DNA of 64,000 nt from positions 448,001 to 512,000 of the forward strand of contig CAWEQH010000010.1 of NCBI GenBank assembly GCA_963811165.1. Direction: 5' to 3'. The notes under the pieces were generated by a model, which was not told the DNA's origin, did no database searches, and saw nothing but the letters and a program-made list of their open reading frames with translations. This DNA comes from an uncultured Nitrospiraceae bacterium. GTDB taxonomy: Bacteria > Nitrospirota > Thermodesulfovibrionia > Thermodesulfovibrionales > UBA6898. The position numbers were made by a program, and so were the translations under genes. Position 1 is the first letter of the stretch. Each line of letters begins with the position of its first letter. Of this stretch, positions 1 to 9,865 are shown one piece after another.

Positions 1-168
1 GGATGCAACTTCCGCATTGGATGCCGTGGCCTTTATCCCATATGTGTCCTTAAGCTCCCGGCGTCTTTCCTCTCTCGGCTCCGAGACCAGGACGTCCTTC
101 ATCCCCTTTGCCGTCATTCCTTTGATCAATGCTTCAGCCATGTTTCCGCCGCCTATAAAACCAATCAT
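1..168 (-). CDS. proC: Pyrroline-5-carboxylate reductase, 5' part (runs off window)
   Basis: Manual translation MIGFIGGGNMAEALIKGMTAKG... with Rossmann GxGxM motif; ATG overlaps the yggS stop (ATGA); yggS-proC synteny. Confidence 0.9.
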   Translation of the reverse strand, partial: MIGFIGGGNMAEALIKGMTAKGMKDVLVSEPREERRRELKDTYGIKATASNAEVAS

Positions 169-900
169 GCCGCCTCCTTCTTCCTTTCGCCGAATATTGC
201 CGTGCCAACCCTCACCATGGTCGCTCCCTCTTCGACCGCGACCTCAAAATCATGAGACATGCCCATAGAAAGTTCCCGCAGGCTAAAGCCCATTGCCTCG
301 GCGCCGTCTCTTATCTCTTTCAATTCTTTGAAATAGGGCCTCACCCTTTCAGGGTCGTCAAAGAAAGGCGGTATAGTCATAAGCCCTTCGACCTTCAGGT
401 GCCTCATCTCTCTTAACCTATCGAGAGTCACTAACATTTTTTCCTGTGATATCCCATGTTTACTCTCTTCTTCTGAAAGTTTTACCTGAATAAGGATTCT
501 CTGCTTTTTGTTTACCTTCTCCGCCGATCTGTTCAGTATTTCTGCAAGCTCCTCAGAGTCGACGGAATGTATCAGGTCGAAAAGCTCGATCGCCATTTTT
601 GCCTTGTTCTTCTGCAGGTGGCCGATCAGGTGCCAGCAAGGCCTGTATCCCTTCAAAGTCCCTCCGGGAGGTACGCCAAGCAGATTTCTTACATCCGACA
701 ACTTCCCGCCAAACTCCTGCACCCTGTTCTCTCCGAAGTCCCTGAGTCCTCAGCTCGAGTGCCTTCACCACGACAGCCGCCTCCACGTTCTTCGTCACCC
801 CGACGAGTCTTACCTCGTGAGGGTCTCTGCCGACCTTCATCGTGGCATGGGCGATCCTCCTGTAGATGTTCTTTATGTTTTCCGAAAGTCCGCTTTCCAT
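165..900 (-). CDS. yggS: PLP homeostasis protein YggS/PROSC, split by a +1 frameshift near 750
   Basis: N-part MESGLSENIKNIYRRI...VGVTK (ORF 553..900), C-part WHLIGHLQKNK...LSMGMSHDF...VRVGTAIFG (ORF 165..722); removing one base at ~750 restores LGLRDFGENRVQE. Confidence 0.9.
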
Positions 901-1002
901 GTTTTTTTTTGGAAATATATAGTAGTATCTCTCCCGTGAAAATTCAATAAATATCCCACCAGGACATGATTAATCACGCCCCCACAAAATTTCTCACGGA
1001 TA

Positions 1003-1626
1003 TCACCTCACCACCCATGAGATAAACCATCCCCCAAAGACCATCAGGAAGAAGCCGCAGCCATAAAGCATGGACCTGTATCCCCTGTCCCCTATGAGAG
1101 TCCTGCCCCGGGAAACAGCCAGCGATAACAGGCTGTACCATGACAGGTCAGCAGCTATGTGTCCCGCAAAAAAGGCCGCAACTCCCGTAAAGCCGTACCT
1201 GGCTGAACTGACGAGATACCCCAGACCGGCTGTGGCCCACCATACCAGCCAGTAAGGATTCGAAAGACTTCCCACTACGCCTGCTATGACCGGATGAAGC
1301 CTTTTTTTATTACTCTCGGCCGTCATAACCAGCGTCGCGCCTGAGGCGTCTTTTATCATCATCCCGCCCATGAGAAGAAGAATTACGCCCCCTATCACGG
1401 CTATTGCAATCTTGGTCTTGTCCGCCGAAAAAAAAGGGGTGACGCCGGTCAGGAGAAGTACAACGAGGAACAGTTCAAGAATGCCGTGGCCAAGAATGAT
1501 CAGCGGACCCGCTACAAATCCCCGTTTTACCGATTCGCCGACGGTTATCGTAAAAAGAGGCCCAGGTACAAGCGCACCCGAGAAGGCAACGATAAAAGAA
1601 GATAGCGCGATAAGCGCGACATTCAT
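1003..1626 (-). CDS. LysE family translocator
   Basis: Hydrophobic 207 aa with LVPGP...GH and SNPYW motifs. Confidence 0.85.
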   Translation of the reverse strand: MNVALIALSSFIVAFSGALVPGPLFTITVGESVKRGFVAGPLIILGHGILELFLVVLLLTGVTPFFSADKTKIAIAVIGGVILLLMGGMMIKDASGATLVMTAESNKKRLHPVIAGVVGSLSNPYWLVWWATAGLGYLVSSARYGFTGVAAFFAGHIAADLSWYSLLSLAVSRGRTLIGDRGYRSMLYGCGFFLMVFGGWFISWVVR

Positions 1627-3254
1627 ATGCCCACCGCCTCTTTATATTCCATCCAGAGTTTTTCCTTGGGGACCCCGGTATCGATAAAGTCCCATGGCAG
1701 TATCTCTTGTCCGTCTCTATGCCTGAAGATGTAGAAATCCCGATCGAAGCCCGTCCCTTTTTTTGAAGATAGATCATTTCCTGAGGCGATGTACTCGGCA
1801 GTCCTTGAAACCCGCCTGTCCCCAAGTGAGAAGAGACCCTGCAGGTATGCATATTTCGGAACGTCATGGAAAACCCTTATGCCCCTTACAGACACGAGGC
1901 CCTTCTTTAACAGTTTAAGCTTGTCCTTCACTTCCTTTAAGGGCGCCATGGGGTGCCACTGAAATGGAGTGAAGGGCTTCGGGACAAACGTGCTGACACT
2001 GAGAGTGATATAGCCCCTGGCCGTGTTCTCACGCATTTTTTTGACGAGGGTGATTATCCCTTCGATATCGTCCATGGTTTCGGTCGGCAGGCCTATCATG
2101 AAGTAGAGTCTGAGGGTCTCTATCCCGCTGTCGAGAATGATCTTCGACGTCTCTAATATGTCTTCATCCCTGATCTTTTTATTGACGACGTCCCGGAGTC
2201 TCTGGGTACCCGCCTCGGGCGCAATAGAGACGCTCTTATGCCCCTTCATCAGACTTACTATCCGGCCGCTCCTGGGACTGGCCCTGAGGGAAGTGATAGA
2301 AAAATCCACACCCTCGATCGCCAGTACTTCCTCTGCATGAGGATAATCTGAAAGCGATGGACCTATGAGGCCGATTTTTGACGTAAGGGCTGAGGCGTCC
2401 TTTATCTCTTGCCTAAGAACGCCGATGTCCTTCCCCCTGGCAGGCTTGTATATGCGGCCGGCCACACAGAACCTGCATGACCAAACACAGCCCCTCATCG
2501 CTTCAATAAGAAACATGTCGGAAAACTCGGCCTCGGGCGTTGTGATGACGGGTTTAAGGGGTGATTTAGAGATGTCTGTGACTGTCCTTTTCCTGATGAC
2601 CTCCGGGGCGCTTGAAAGACTTCTCCGTGCCATAATCCCGCCGTTATCGGCGAAATACTCGACCTCATAATACCTGGGCACATAAATTCCTTCGATCCCT
2701 GCCGCCTTTTCACACAACTCGTCCTTCGATGAAGAGCCCCTGAAGACAGAGAGAAATTCCGGAAGCATCTCTTCGGCTTCTCCTATAAAACAGATATCGA
2801 AAAAATCGGCCAGCGGCTCCGGATTATAAAAGGCGCAGACGCCGCCCATCGCAACCACGGGATGTCCGGCGTTCCTTTCGGCACTGCGCGGCGGTATATT
2901 GGCCATTTTCAGGATCTTCACTATATTCGGATAATCGTTTTCAAAGGAGACTGAAAACGCTACGATATCGAACCTCGACAGTTGCCTCTTAGATTCGAGC
3001 GTAAAGATCTCCGTATTTGTCCTTAGGTGTTCCTCGATCTCATCGGGCCCCGGAAGGAAGGCCCGCTCGCATACCACGTCGTTCGTGGCGTTTAGCAGCC
3101 CGTAAATGCCCTGAAAGCCGAGATTCGACATCCCCACAGAATAGGTATTTGGAAATACAAGGGCTATCCTGATCTTGCCGCCCGGGTCCTTGAAAACAGT
3201 CCCCTTCTCTTTCGAAAGGAGATATTCGGCTCTCTCTAGTAATTTCTTATTCAT
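1623..3254 (-). CDS. B12-binding-like radical SAM protein (YgiQ-like)
   Basis: FPNTYSVGMSNLG and CERAF motifs, radical SAM motif RGCVWSCRFC, APEAG, FVPKPFTPFQW; start set at MNKKLL. Confidence 0.85.
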   Translation of the reverse strand: MNKKLLERAEYLLSKEKGTVFKDPGGKIRIALVFPNTYSVGMSNLGFQGIYGLLNATNDVVCERAFLPGPDEIEEHLRTNTEIFTLESKRQLSRFDIVAFSVSFENDYPNIVKILKMANIPPRSAERNAGHPVVAMGGVCAFYNPEPLADFFDICFIGEAEEMLPEFLSVFRGSSSKDELCEKAAGIEGIYVPRYYEVEYFADNGGIMARRSLSSAPEVIRKRTVTDISKSPLKPVITTPEAEFSDMFLIEAMRGCVWSCRFCVAGRIYKPARGKDIGVLRQEIKDASALTSKIGLIGPSLSDYPHAEEVLAIEGVDFSITSLRASPRSGRIVSLMKGHKSVSIAPEAGTQRLRDVVNKKIRDEDILETSKIILDSGIETLRLYFMIGLPTETMDDIEGIITLVKKMRENTARGYITLSVSTFVPKPFTPFQWHPMAPLKEVKDKLKLLKKGLVSVRGIRVFHDVPKYAYLQGLFSLGDRRVSRTAEYIASGNDLSSKKGTGFDRDFYIFRHRDGQEILPWDFIDTGVPKEKLWMEYKEAVGI

Positions 3255-3348
3255 AGGGAAATAAACGCTCCACACTATTATACTTTTTTTATTTCCCTCG
3301 GTAACAGTCGGTCCTTTCATTTGTTCTGCAGGCATGTTAAAATTTCGC

Positions 3349-3792
3349 ATGAAAATCGTTGCGCAGAACCGGAAGGCGTTCCATGATTATTCGATAGAAG
3401 AGACGATTGAGGCCGGCATTATCCTTACCGGGACCGAGGTCAAATCCCTAAGAGACGGCAAGGCCAATCTCAAGGACAGCTACGTGATCATTAAGGGCAC
3501 GGAAGTCCTGCTTCTTAACTGCCATATCAGTCCTTACATCCACGGCAACATAATGAACCACGACCCTGTGCGGACACGAAAACTCCTCCTGCATAAAAAA
3601 GAGATCGCGCGGATACAGGGCAAGGCTTTTCAAAAGGGGTACTCTCTCATCCCTCTTAAGATCTATTTCAAAGGCTCCCTGGCCAAGGTGGAAATAGGTC
3701 TTGCCAGAGGAAAAAAGATGTTTGAAAAAAGGGAATCGATCAAAAAAAGAGAGGCCGACAGGGAGATAGAGCGGGCGATGAAGACCCGCTAG
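3349..3792 (+). CDS. smpB: SsrA-binding protein
   Basis: [25 protein letters not shown], basic C-terminal tail. Confidence 0.97.
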   Translation: MKIVAQNRKAFHDYSIEETIEAGIILTGTEVKSLRDGKANLKDSYVIIKGTEVLLLNCHISPYIHGNIMNHDPVRTRKLLLHKKEIARIQGKAFQKGYSLIPLKIYFKGSLAKVEIGLARGKKMFEKRESIKKREADREIERAMKTR

Positions 3793-3909
3793 CCCACATT
3801 ATTTATTAACGGTGGAACGATAAGGAGGGTTATAGTATTTTCGCTCATTCTCGCTGCGCTCCGGGGCTTTTGCCTCATGATCGAGGAAAAACATAAATAC
3901 TGTAGGTAT

Positions 3910-3931
3910 ACCTGCCTGCCGGCAGGCAGGT
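3910..3931. repeat. Perfect 22-bp palindrome ACCTGCCTGCCGGCAGGCAGGT
   Basis: Self-complementary sequence in the smpB-GT2 intergenic region. Confidence 0.85.
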
Positions 3932-4098
3932 CGGCAAAAGAAACCGCGCAAATACTATACCCCGCCTTATTTGACTCTATTTGTCTGAAATTCATGAATA
4001 CTGTGCGCAAACAGTTCCCTAGGCGGCCTTGTCTGCGTTTTGCCGTCCTGACTATATTTCATGTTGGAATAAGGTGATGCGTTTATTCCATAATAGTT

Positions 4099-5100
4099 GT
4101 GATGGGAAGGTCTATTTCCGTAATTGTCCCCAACTATAACGGCGGTCGTACCATAGGAAGATGTCTGGAGGCGCTCTTTGCCTCTTCTTACGATAATTTC
4201 GAGGTGATAGTGGTTGACGACTGCTCTTCAGACGGCTCAGCCGAGATCATCCGCCGGTTTCCCTGCAGGCCCGTTTTGCTCGACGAACGGTCCGGCGCAT
4301 CGAGGGCAAGGAACATCGGCGCCCAAAACAGCGCCGGCGAGGTCCTCTTTTTTATCGACGCCGACTGCATGGTACAGAGGGACACCCTTTCTCAGGTGGA
4401 CCGGACGGTTGACACCGGAGAAAAGGCGGTAGTGGGAGGGACTTATACCAGATTGCCCGGCGACGACCGCTTCTTCAGCATATTCCAGTCCGTTTTCATT
4501 CACTACTCCGAAACAAAAAAAAAGAGACCTGATTATATTGCAAGCCATGCGATGGCGATCGAAAGGGGCCTCTTCGAAAAAAGCGGCGGGTTCCCGGAAG
4601 ACTTTATGCCGATCATAGAGGACGTCGAATTCAGCCACAGGCTCCGCCGTACCGGATCCGTTCTCAGGATGGACCCCTCTATACTTGTAAGCCACTTCTT
4701 TGATTTCACCTTTATGAAGTCCCTTAAAAACGCCTTCCGCAAATCAATGTACTGGACCGCCTACTCATTGAAAAACCGCGATCTCCTGAGCGACTCGGGT
4801 ACTGCCTCGAAGGAGCTAAAAACAAATGTAGCAGCCTATTTTTCCGTCCTTTTCATCTGCGCCCTTTCTCTCATTATTCACAGGCCTGCGCTCATGTCGT
4901 GCGCCCTGCCCATTCTGGGCTTCAACGCCTATATCAACCGAAACTTTTTTTCAGTGCTCCGGGACACTCGGGGGGATGGATTTGCAATTCTGTCGGCCCT
5001 TTATTACCTGCTCCTCTATCCCCTGCCTGTAGGGGCCGGTTCAATAGCAGGTGCGATAAGGTATTCGTTTCGACTGGGACAGATCGAGGGGATGCGCTGA
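4099..5100 (+). CDS. GT2 family glycosyltransferase with C-terminal TM helices
   Basis: ISVIVPNYN, VVDDCSSDGS, FIDAD, EDVE motifs. Confidence 0.9.
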   Translation: MMGRSISVIVPNYNGGRTIGRCLEALFASSYDNFEVIVVDDCSSDGSAEIIRRFPCRPVLLDERSGASRARNIGAQNSAGEVLFFIDADCMVQRDTLSQVDRTVDTGEKAVVGGTYTRLPGDDRFFSIFQSVFIHYSETKKKRPDYIASHAMAIERGLFEKSGGFPEDFMPIIEDVEFSHRLRRTGSVLRMDPSILVSHFFDFTFMKSLKNAFRKSMYWTAYSLKNRDLLSDSGTASKELKTNVAAYFSVLFICALSLIIHRPALMSCALPILGFNAYINRNFFSVLRDTRGDGFAILSALYYLLLYPLPVGAGSIAGAIRYSFRLGQIEGMR

Positions 5101-6182
5101 TGTATTCGCCATTTAGGCATGCGGGCTCGATCATATGGAAAAGGCGGCCGATCCATCTCACCTTTTTCCTGACCAGAAGGTGCAACTCACACTGCCCCTT
5201 CTGTTTTTATCTGAAGGGCCGCGACGAAGTCCCGGATCGAAAACGTGAGCTTGACATTGAGGAGATCAGAAGTATTTCCGCATCTTTTGGCGACCTCCTC
5301 TGGCTGGCCTTCTCGGGCGGTGAGATCTATTTAAGGGACGACCTCCCCGAAATAAGCAAGATATTCTATGAGCAAAACCGCCCGCCCATCATGCTCTTCC
5401 CGACCAACGGGCTTCTGCCGGAACTGATCTTGGAAAGGACCGAACGCATCGTAAGAGACTGTCCCAAAAGCGTGATTGCGGTCAAGCTTTCAGTCGACGG
5501 CATCGGGGACGATCACGACAGGCTCCGTAACACGCCTGGCAGTTTTGCTAAGACGATGGAGACTTACCGCCTTCTTGCCGGCCTTATCGGGAAATATCCT
5601 AATTTCGAGCTAGGCGTAAATACCGTCTTCTGCTCTGAAAACCAGGACAGGATGGACGAGATAATCGATTTTGCAGGCGGACTGAAAGACATAAAGACAC
5701 ACACCATATCCCTCATCAGAGGGGACCTCGTCCAAGACGGGTTCAAACGGGTGGATATCGGGAAATACCGCGCCGCCATCGAACGGCTCGAACATAACCT
5801 TAAGGACAAGACCTCCCGCACGTACCGTTTCAAGGGCGCAAAGATCAAGGCCGCGCAAGACATTATACAGCGTAACCTGATCCATAGGACGATCCTTGAG
5901 AGGAAACGGCTTCTTGAATGTTATGCCGGAAAGCTGAACGTCGTCCTGACTGAAACCGGCGAACTCTTTCCTTGCGAGATACTTACGAAGTCCTTTGGTA
6001 ACATCAGAGAGCACGATTTCGATATAGGCAAGGCCCTCGGCACGGACAAGGCCAAGGCGATCACAAAGTCGATCGAAGACAGAAAGTGTTATTGCACTCA
6101 CGAGTGTTATTTCATGACCAACATACTCTTTAACCCGAGATTGTATCCCGCCTTGCTAAAGGAATATCTGGAGCTTCGCTGA
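5100..6182 (+). CDS. Radical SAM protein with SPASM/Twitch-like C-terminus
   Basis: CNSHCPFC, FSGGE, C-terminal CYAG...PCE...CYCTHEC; ATG overlaps the GT2 stop. Confidence 0.88.
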   Translation: MYSPFRHAGSIIWKRRPIHLTFFLTRRCNSHCPFCFYLKGRDEVPDRKRELDIEEIRSISASFGDLLWLAFSGGEIYLRDDLPEISKIFYEQNRPPIMLFPTNGLLPELILERTERIVRDCPKSVIAVKLSVDGIGDDHDRLRNTPGSFAKTMETYRLLAGLIGKYPNFELGVNTVFCSENQDRMDEIIDFAGGLKDIKTHTISLIRGDLVQDGFKRVDIGKYRAAIERLEHNLKDKTSRTYRFKGAKIKAAQDIIQRNLIHRTILERKRLLECYAGKLNVVLTETGELFPCEILTKSFGNIREHDFDIGKALGTDKAKAITKSIEDRKCYCTHECYFMTNILFNPRLYPALLKEYLELR

Positions 6183-7651
6183 TGTCCGGACCGCTCCAAA
6201 GGAAATTCCTCTACGGCGCGGTCTTTCTTATCTGGCTTCTTACCATGTCTGTTCTTGTTTTCAGACATTACCACCCCTTTCACGTTTCGCGCGAGACGGC
6301 ATCCGCCGGTTTGCCGGAGGAGTTCTTCGGTGAGCAATGGATGGGGGTCTACTTCAAGGGAAATAAGATAGGTCATTCAAGGAGACTGTTCGAAAAAACG
6401 GCCTTTGGCTACAGGATGTCCGAGACGCTCGACATCGACATGAAGATAATGGATGCACTAAAGAAGGTCGAAACCGAGACCGAAGTCCTGATGTCTAAGG
6501 ACCTCTCCCTTATGTCGTTTCGTGCCGACCTCAAAGGGGACGCAGACATAAAAGTATCCGGCGATGTCTCGGGCGCCGACCTTCGCGTGACTATAGAGGC
6601 TGCGGGTGGACGGATGACAAGGACTATCCCGATGAAAGAAGTGCCTTCGCTCAGCCTTTCGCTGGTACCGCAGATATTTAAGGGCGGGATAGCTCCGGGT
6701 AAGCGTTTCTCGATACCGGTGATTGACCCGGCCTCGCTTTCCCGGGAGATAGTACCGATAGAAGTAGCAGGGAAAGAAAGGATCGTCATCTCCGGGCAGG
6801 CTAAGGAGGCATACAGGCTAAAAGGCTCTTCAAAGAGTGCTGATTTTTCCATCTGGGTCACGGAGAGGGGAGAGATAGTAAAAGAAGAGAGCCCGATGGG
6901 GTTTACGCTCCTTAGGGAGAACAAAGAAGAGGCCCTTAGGAAAGGGATGGTCGCCTTCGACCTGACGGAGCGGGTTGCGGCACCTTTCAATATGAAATTG
7001 CCTGATAGGGTCCGCTACCTAAAGATAAGGCTTTCGGGCATTGATTTAGATGATTTCGGCCTGGAAGGCGGCAGACAAAGAAGATCAGGCAACAGTATCG
7101 AGATTCGTCAGGAGGACCTTGGCGCCTTGTCATTACGGCAGGGACCGAAGAGCGAAAAGGAAAAGGCGCGTCTTTCCCCTGAGTACCTTCAAGACACCCC
7201 GTTTGTGCAATCCAGGGACAGTCGGATAATCACCTTATCTAAGAAGATCGTCGGGACGGAAAAAGACCCCCTCAGGGCATCGAGGCATATTTACAATTGG
7301 GTCTATACACACATCGAAAAAGCGCCTGTGTTGAGCATCCCCATAGCGACGGAAGTACTGAAGACGAAAACAGGCGACTGTAACGAACACACAACGCTCT
7401 TTACCGCCCTTGCCCGGGCGTCTGGCATTCCCACAAGGATGGCCCTCGGCCTCGTTTATAAAGAAGGCAAATTCTATTATCATGCATGGCCCGAGATATT
7501 CGCAGGGGCCTGGGTAGCCATAGACCCTACGCTGGGGCAGTTCCCGGCCGACGCAGCCCATATCAGGCTCATTACCGGTGATATCGATCGGCAGGTAAGG
7601 CTTGCAAAGATTATAGGGAAGATAAAGATCGAAGGAATAAAATATCGGTAA
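6182..7651 (+). CDS. Membrane-anchored transglutaminase-like domain protein
   Basis: N-terminal TM helix; GDCNEH...HAWPE...IDPT Cys-His-Asp triad. Confidence 0.85.
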   Translation: MSGPLQRKFLYGAVFLIWLLTMSVLVFRHYHPFHVSRETASAGLPEEFFGEQWMGVYFKGNKIGHSRRLFEKTAFGYRMSETLDIDMKIMDALKKVETETEVLMSKDLSLMSFRADLKGDADIKVSGDVSGADLRVTIEAAGGRMTRTIPMKEVPSLSLSLVPQIFKGGIAPGKRFSIPVIDPASLSREIVPIEVAGKERIVISGQAKEAYRLKGSSKSADFSIWVTERGEIVKEESPMGFTLLRENKEEALRKGMVAFDLTERVAAPFNMKLPDRVRYLKIRLSGIDLDDFGLEGGRQRRSGNSIEIRQEDLGALSLRQGPKSEKEKARLSPEYLQDTPFVQSRDSRIITLSKKIVGTEKDPLRASRHIYNWVYTHIEKAPVLSIPIATEVLKTKTGDCNEHTTLFTALARASGIPTRMALGLVYKEGKFYYHAWPEIFAGAWVAIDPTLGQFPADAAHIRLITGDIDRQVRLAKIIGKIKIEGIKYR

Positions 7652-7684
7652 GCGGAGGACAAACCCTTCTGATATAATTTTGCT

Positions 7685-7915
7685 ATGAAGGTAAAGATAA
7701 AGCTTTTTGCGACACTGAGAAAGTTCGGTCCTGAGGAACAGGTGGTGGATCTGCCCGAAAACGCCACAATCGATGACGCCATAAATTTGCTAAACTTTCC
7801 GGAAAAAATCCCGCTGTTAAAAATCGTGAACGGTGAGCACAGGCCTCCCAAACACCCTTTAAAAGACGGTGACGAACTTGCCCTCTTTCCCCCCATCGCC
7901 GGCGGGAGTAAGTAG
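7685..7915 (+). CDS. MoaD/ThiS family sulfur carrier
   Basis: VKIKLFATLR...VNG...LKDGDELALFPPIAGG plus SK extension. Confidence 0.9.
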   Translation: MKVKIKLFATLRKFGPEEQVVDLPENATIDDAINLLNFPEKIPLLKIVNGEHRPPKHPLKDGDELALFPPIAGGSK

Positions 7916-7923
7916 GGATTCCC

Positions 7924-8760
7924 GTGGAAATTATAAATGCAAAGAAGAAAATTGAGAGCCTTAGCGTTGAGAAGGCAAAGGAATGGGTTGCGGGCAAGAA
8001 AAAGGATGATTTTATTCTTCTCGACGTACGTCAGCCTGAAGAATATAGGACGGGCCATCTTCCCGGGGCCGCGTTTATCCCGCTGCCGGACCTCATAGAC
8101 AAAGTTGGTGAACTTGATCCTGCGAAAGCCGTGCTCGCCTACTGTAGAAGCGGCAACCGAAGCAGGGCAGCTGCGGCATTTTTACTAAGCGAAGGGTTCT
8201 CTAAAGTGTACAGTATGGACGGAGGTATCACCGCATGGAACGGGCATGTTGCAACAGGAGACTACACTGAAGGTCTTGTTCTGCTCAAAGGAAGGGAAAC
8301 AACAGAAGAATTAATGTCACTGGCCCTGGCCCTCGAGGAAGGCAGCCGAATATTTTATGCGGGCATCGCAGAGTCAACGTCCGACGCGGAAGCGAAGATC
8401 ATATTCACTGCAATCTCAAAGGCCGAAGCAAAACATAAGACGAATGTCCTTCAGGCTTACACGCTGGTTACGGGAAAAAACGTCTCTGAAGATATTTTGA
8501 ATAGTGAGCCGCTAAAGGGAGTCATGGAGGGAGGTGTCAGGATTGAGGACGCCATTGGCTTTCTAAATAAGCAGGGCAATGCCTTGTTGGATACACTTGA
8601 AATCGCAATGCAGGTTGAAACTAACTCGCTTGACTTGTATATCAAAATGTTCCGGGAGATAGAGGACATAAAAGCAAAGAAAATCTTCGGTGGCCTTATC
8701 GAAGAAGAAAAACTCCATCTGTCCGGATTGGGAAATCTCCTTGGTGCAACGCTTCGTTAG
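7924..8760 (+). CDS. Rhodanese domain fused to ferritin/rubrerythrin-like domain
   Basis: LLDVRQPEEY, GHLPGA, YCRSGNRS, DGGITAW; C-terminal EEGS..FY / EAKH / ETNS..LY / EEKLH diiron-type motifs. Confidence 0.85.
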   Translation: MEIINAKKKIESLSVEKAKEWVAGKKKDDFILLDVRQPEEYRTGHLPGAAFIPLPDLIDKVGELDPAKAVLAYCRSGNRSRAAAAFLLSEGFSKVYSMDGGITAWNGHVATGDYTEGLVLLKGRETTEELMSLALALEEGSRIFYAGIAESTSDAEAKIIFTAISKAEAKHKTNVLQAYTLVTGKNVSEDILNSEPLKGVMEGGVRIEDAIGFLNKQGNALLDTLEIAMQVETNSLDLYIKMFREIEDIKAKKIFGGLIEEEKLHLSGLGNLLGATLR

Positions 8761-8763
8761 CCA

Positions 8764-9159
8764 TTATTCATAGTTCCTGTCTAATGTAACATCCAGCCAT
8801 CCCAGAGCGTCCTCTATGCGTTTGAAAACTGCCGTTTTGAGGCTAGCGCGATCAACAAGTGCCTGATGCACTCGTGAGCTGCCATATGCTAAATCCATCG
8901 GCGACACAAAAGCGCATCTCTCGCCGGTAAATATACTGGCAAGCTTTATCTTCTTATGAGCGATTGAATATGCTTCTTTCAAAGAAATTCTAATGCTTTC
9001 AATAGTTCTGTAATCAACGAGCTTTTTCATTGGCGCCTTGTACCTATCGTCCACGGCCAAGGCGTCAAGATGTCTTATTACATCAATACCAGTAATCACA
9101 CCGGAGCCTTTTGCCAGTATTAATTTTTTGTCCATTATGATGTCATATTCAATAGACAT
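8764..9159 (-). CDS. Hypothetical protein (STAS/SEC14-like), integron-cassette-like
   Basis: 131 aa with RBS GGAG; C-terminal VFKRIEDALGWL; flanked by a 10-bp inverted repeat. Confidence 0.65.
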   Translation of the reverse strand: MSIEYDIIMDKKLILAKGSGVITGIDVIRHLDALAVDDRYKAPMKKLVDYRTIESIRISLKEAYSIAHKKIKLASIFTGERCAFVSPMDLAYGSSRVHQALVDRASLKTAVFKRIEDALGWLDVTLDRNYE

Positions 9160-9865
9160 TTTATATCTCCATGGCTAACGGACAATGATCATATGAACTT
9201 CCCATTGGTGACCCCATGGACTAATATACCACAATGTAAAAAACTAGAGAAGAAGAACGCGAAGGAGGGGCCCCGATGGCAATGGGAAGTCTTAGATTCG
9301 CATCAAAACACGCGTCGAGGCATGCTTCCTGTACCCCGCAACATTCAAACCTGATATAATTGTGCACAGTACAACCAGAATACGTAGGGAGGGCTAATAG
9401 ATAACAGACCATGAGAAAACTATAGGCATAGTTTTTGAGATATTCGAGACCACTTTCTATTGCCTCTCTTTTTGCCATTGGCGCATATCTTTATAAAAAC
9501 AAAATACGAACGGCATGGCAGATACGTGCTGCCTTTTTGGCCCCAAATGATAATTGAATATAGGGACCACACAAAGACTAATGTCGGCCACATTGGAATC
9601 TGGTATTACATTTTCATTCTAGTGCGATTTTATCTTTGATATCTATTTTTGTTCTTTTATCATTTGATATTCATAGTCATTTCAATGCGTGAAAATTGCT
9701 GGATTTCACAAAGGGAAATAGTATTACTGCATACCGGCAGAAAAAGATGCTTTTCATAGAGGACTTTAAAGGCAAACATCTCTTCCTGAAATCGCGCTTT
9801 CAAAAAATTGAAAATAGTGTAACTTATTATCGTGGACCTACCCCCATCCTTTGTGCCATTCATAA

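Noticed and set aside
4515..4523. A9 tract in the GT2 gene as a phase-variation switch
   Set aside because: In frame and explained by Lys codons; similar A/T runs occur elsewhere
4899..5099. N-terminal extensions in the ORF track (also to 3350, 30947, 44468, 49551)
   Set aside because: They overlap neighbouring genes; downstream starts with coupling or RBS fit better
9221..9830. ORFs 9221..9478 and 9660..9863
   Set aside because: No recognisable motifs; the second begins inside the IS end; probably decayed fragments
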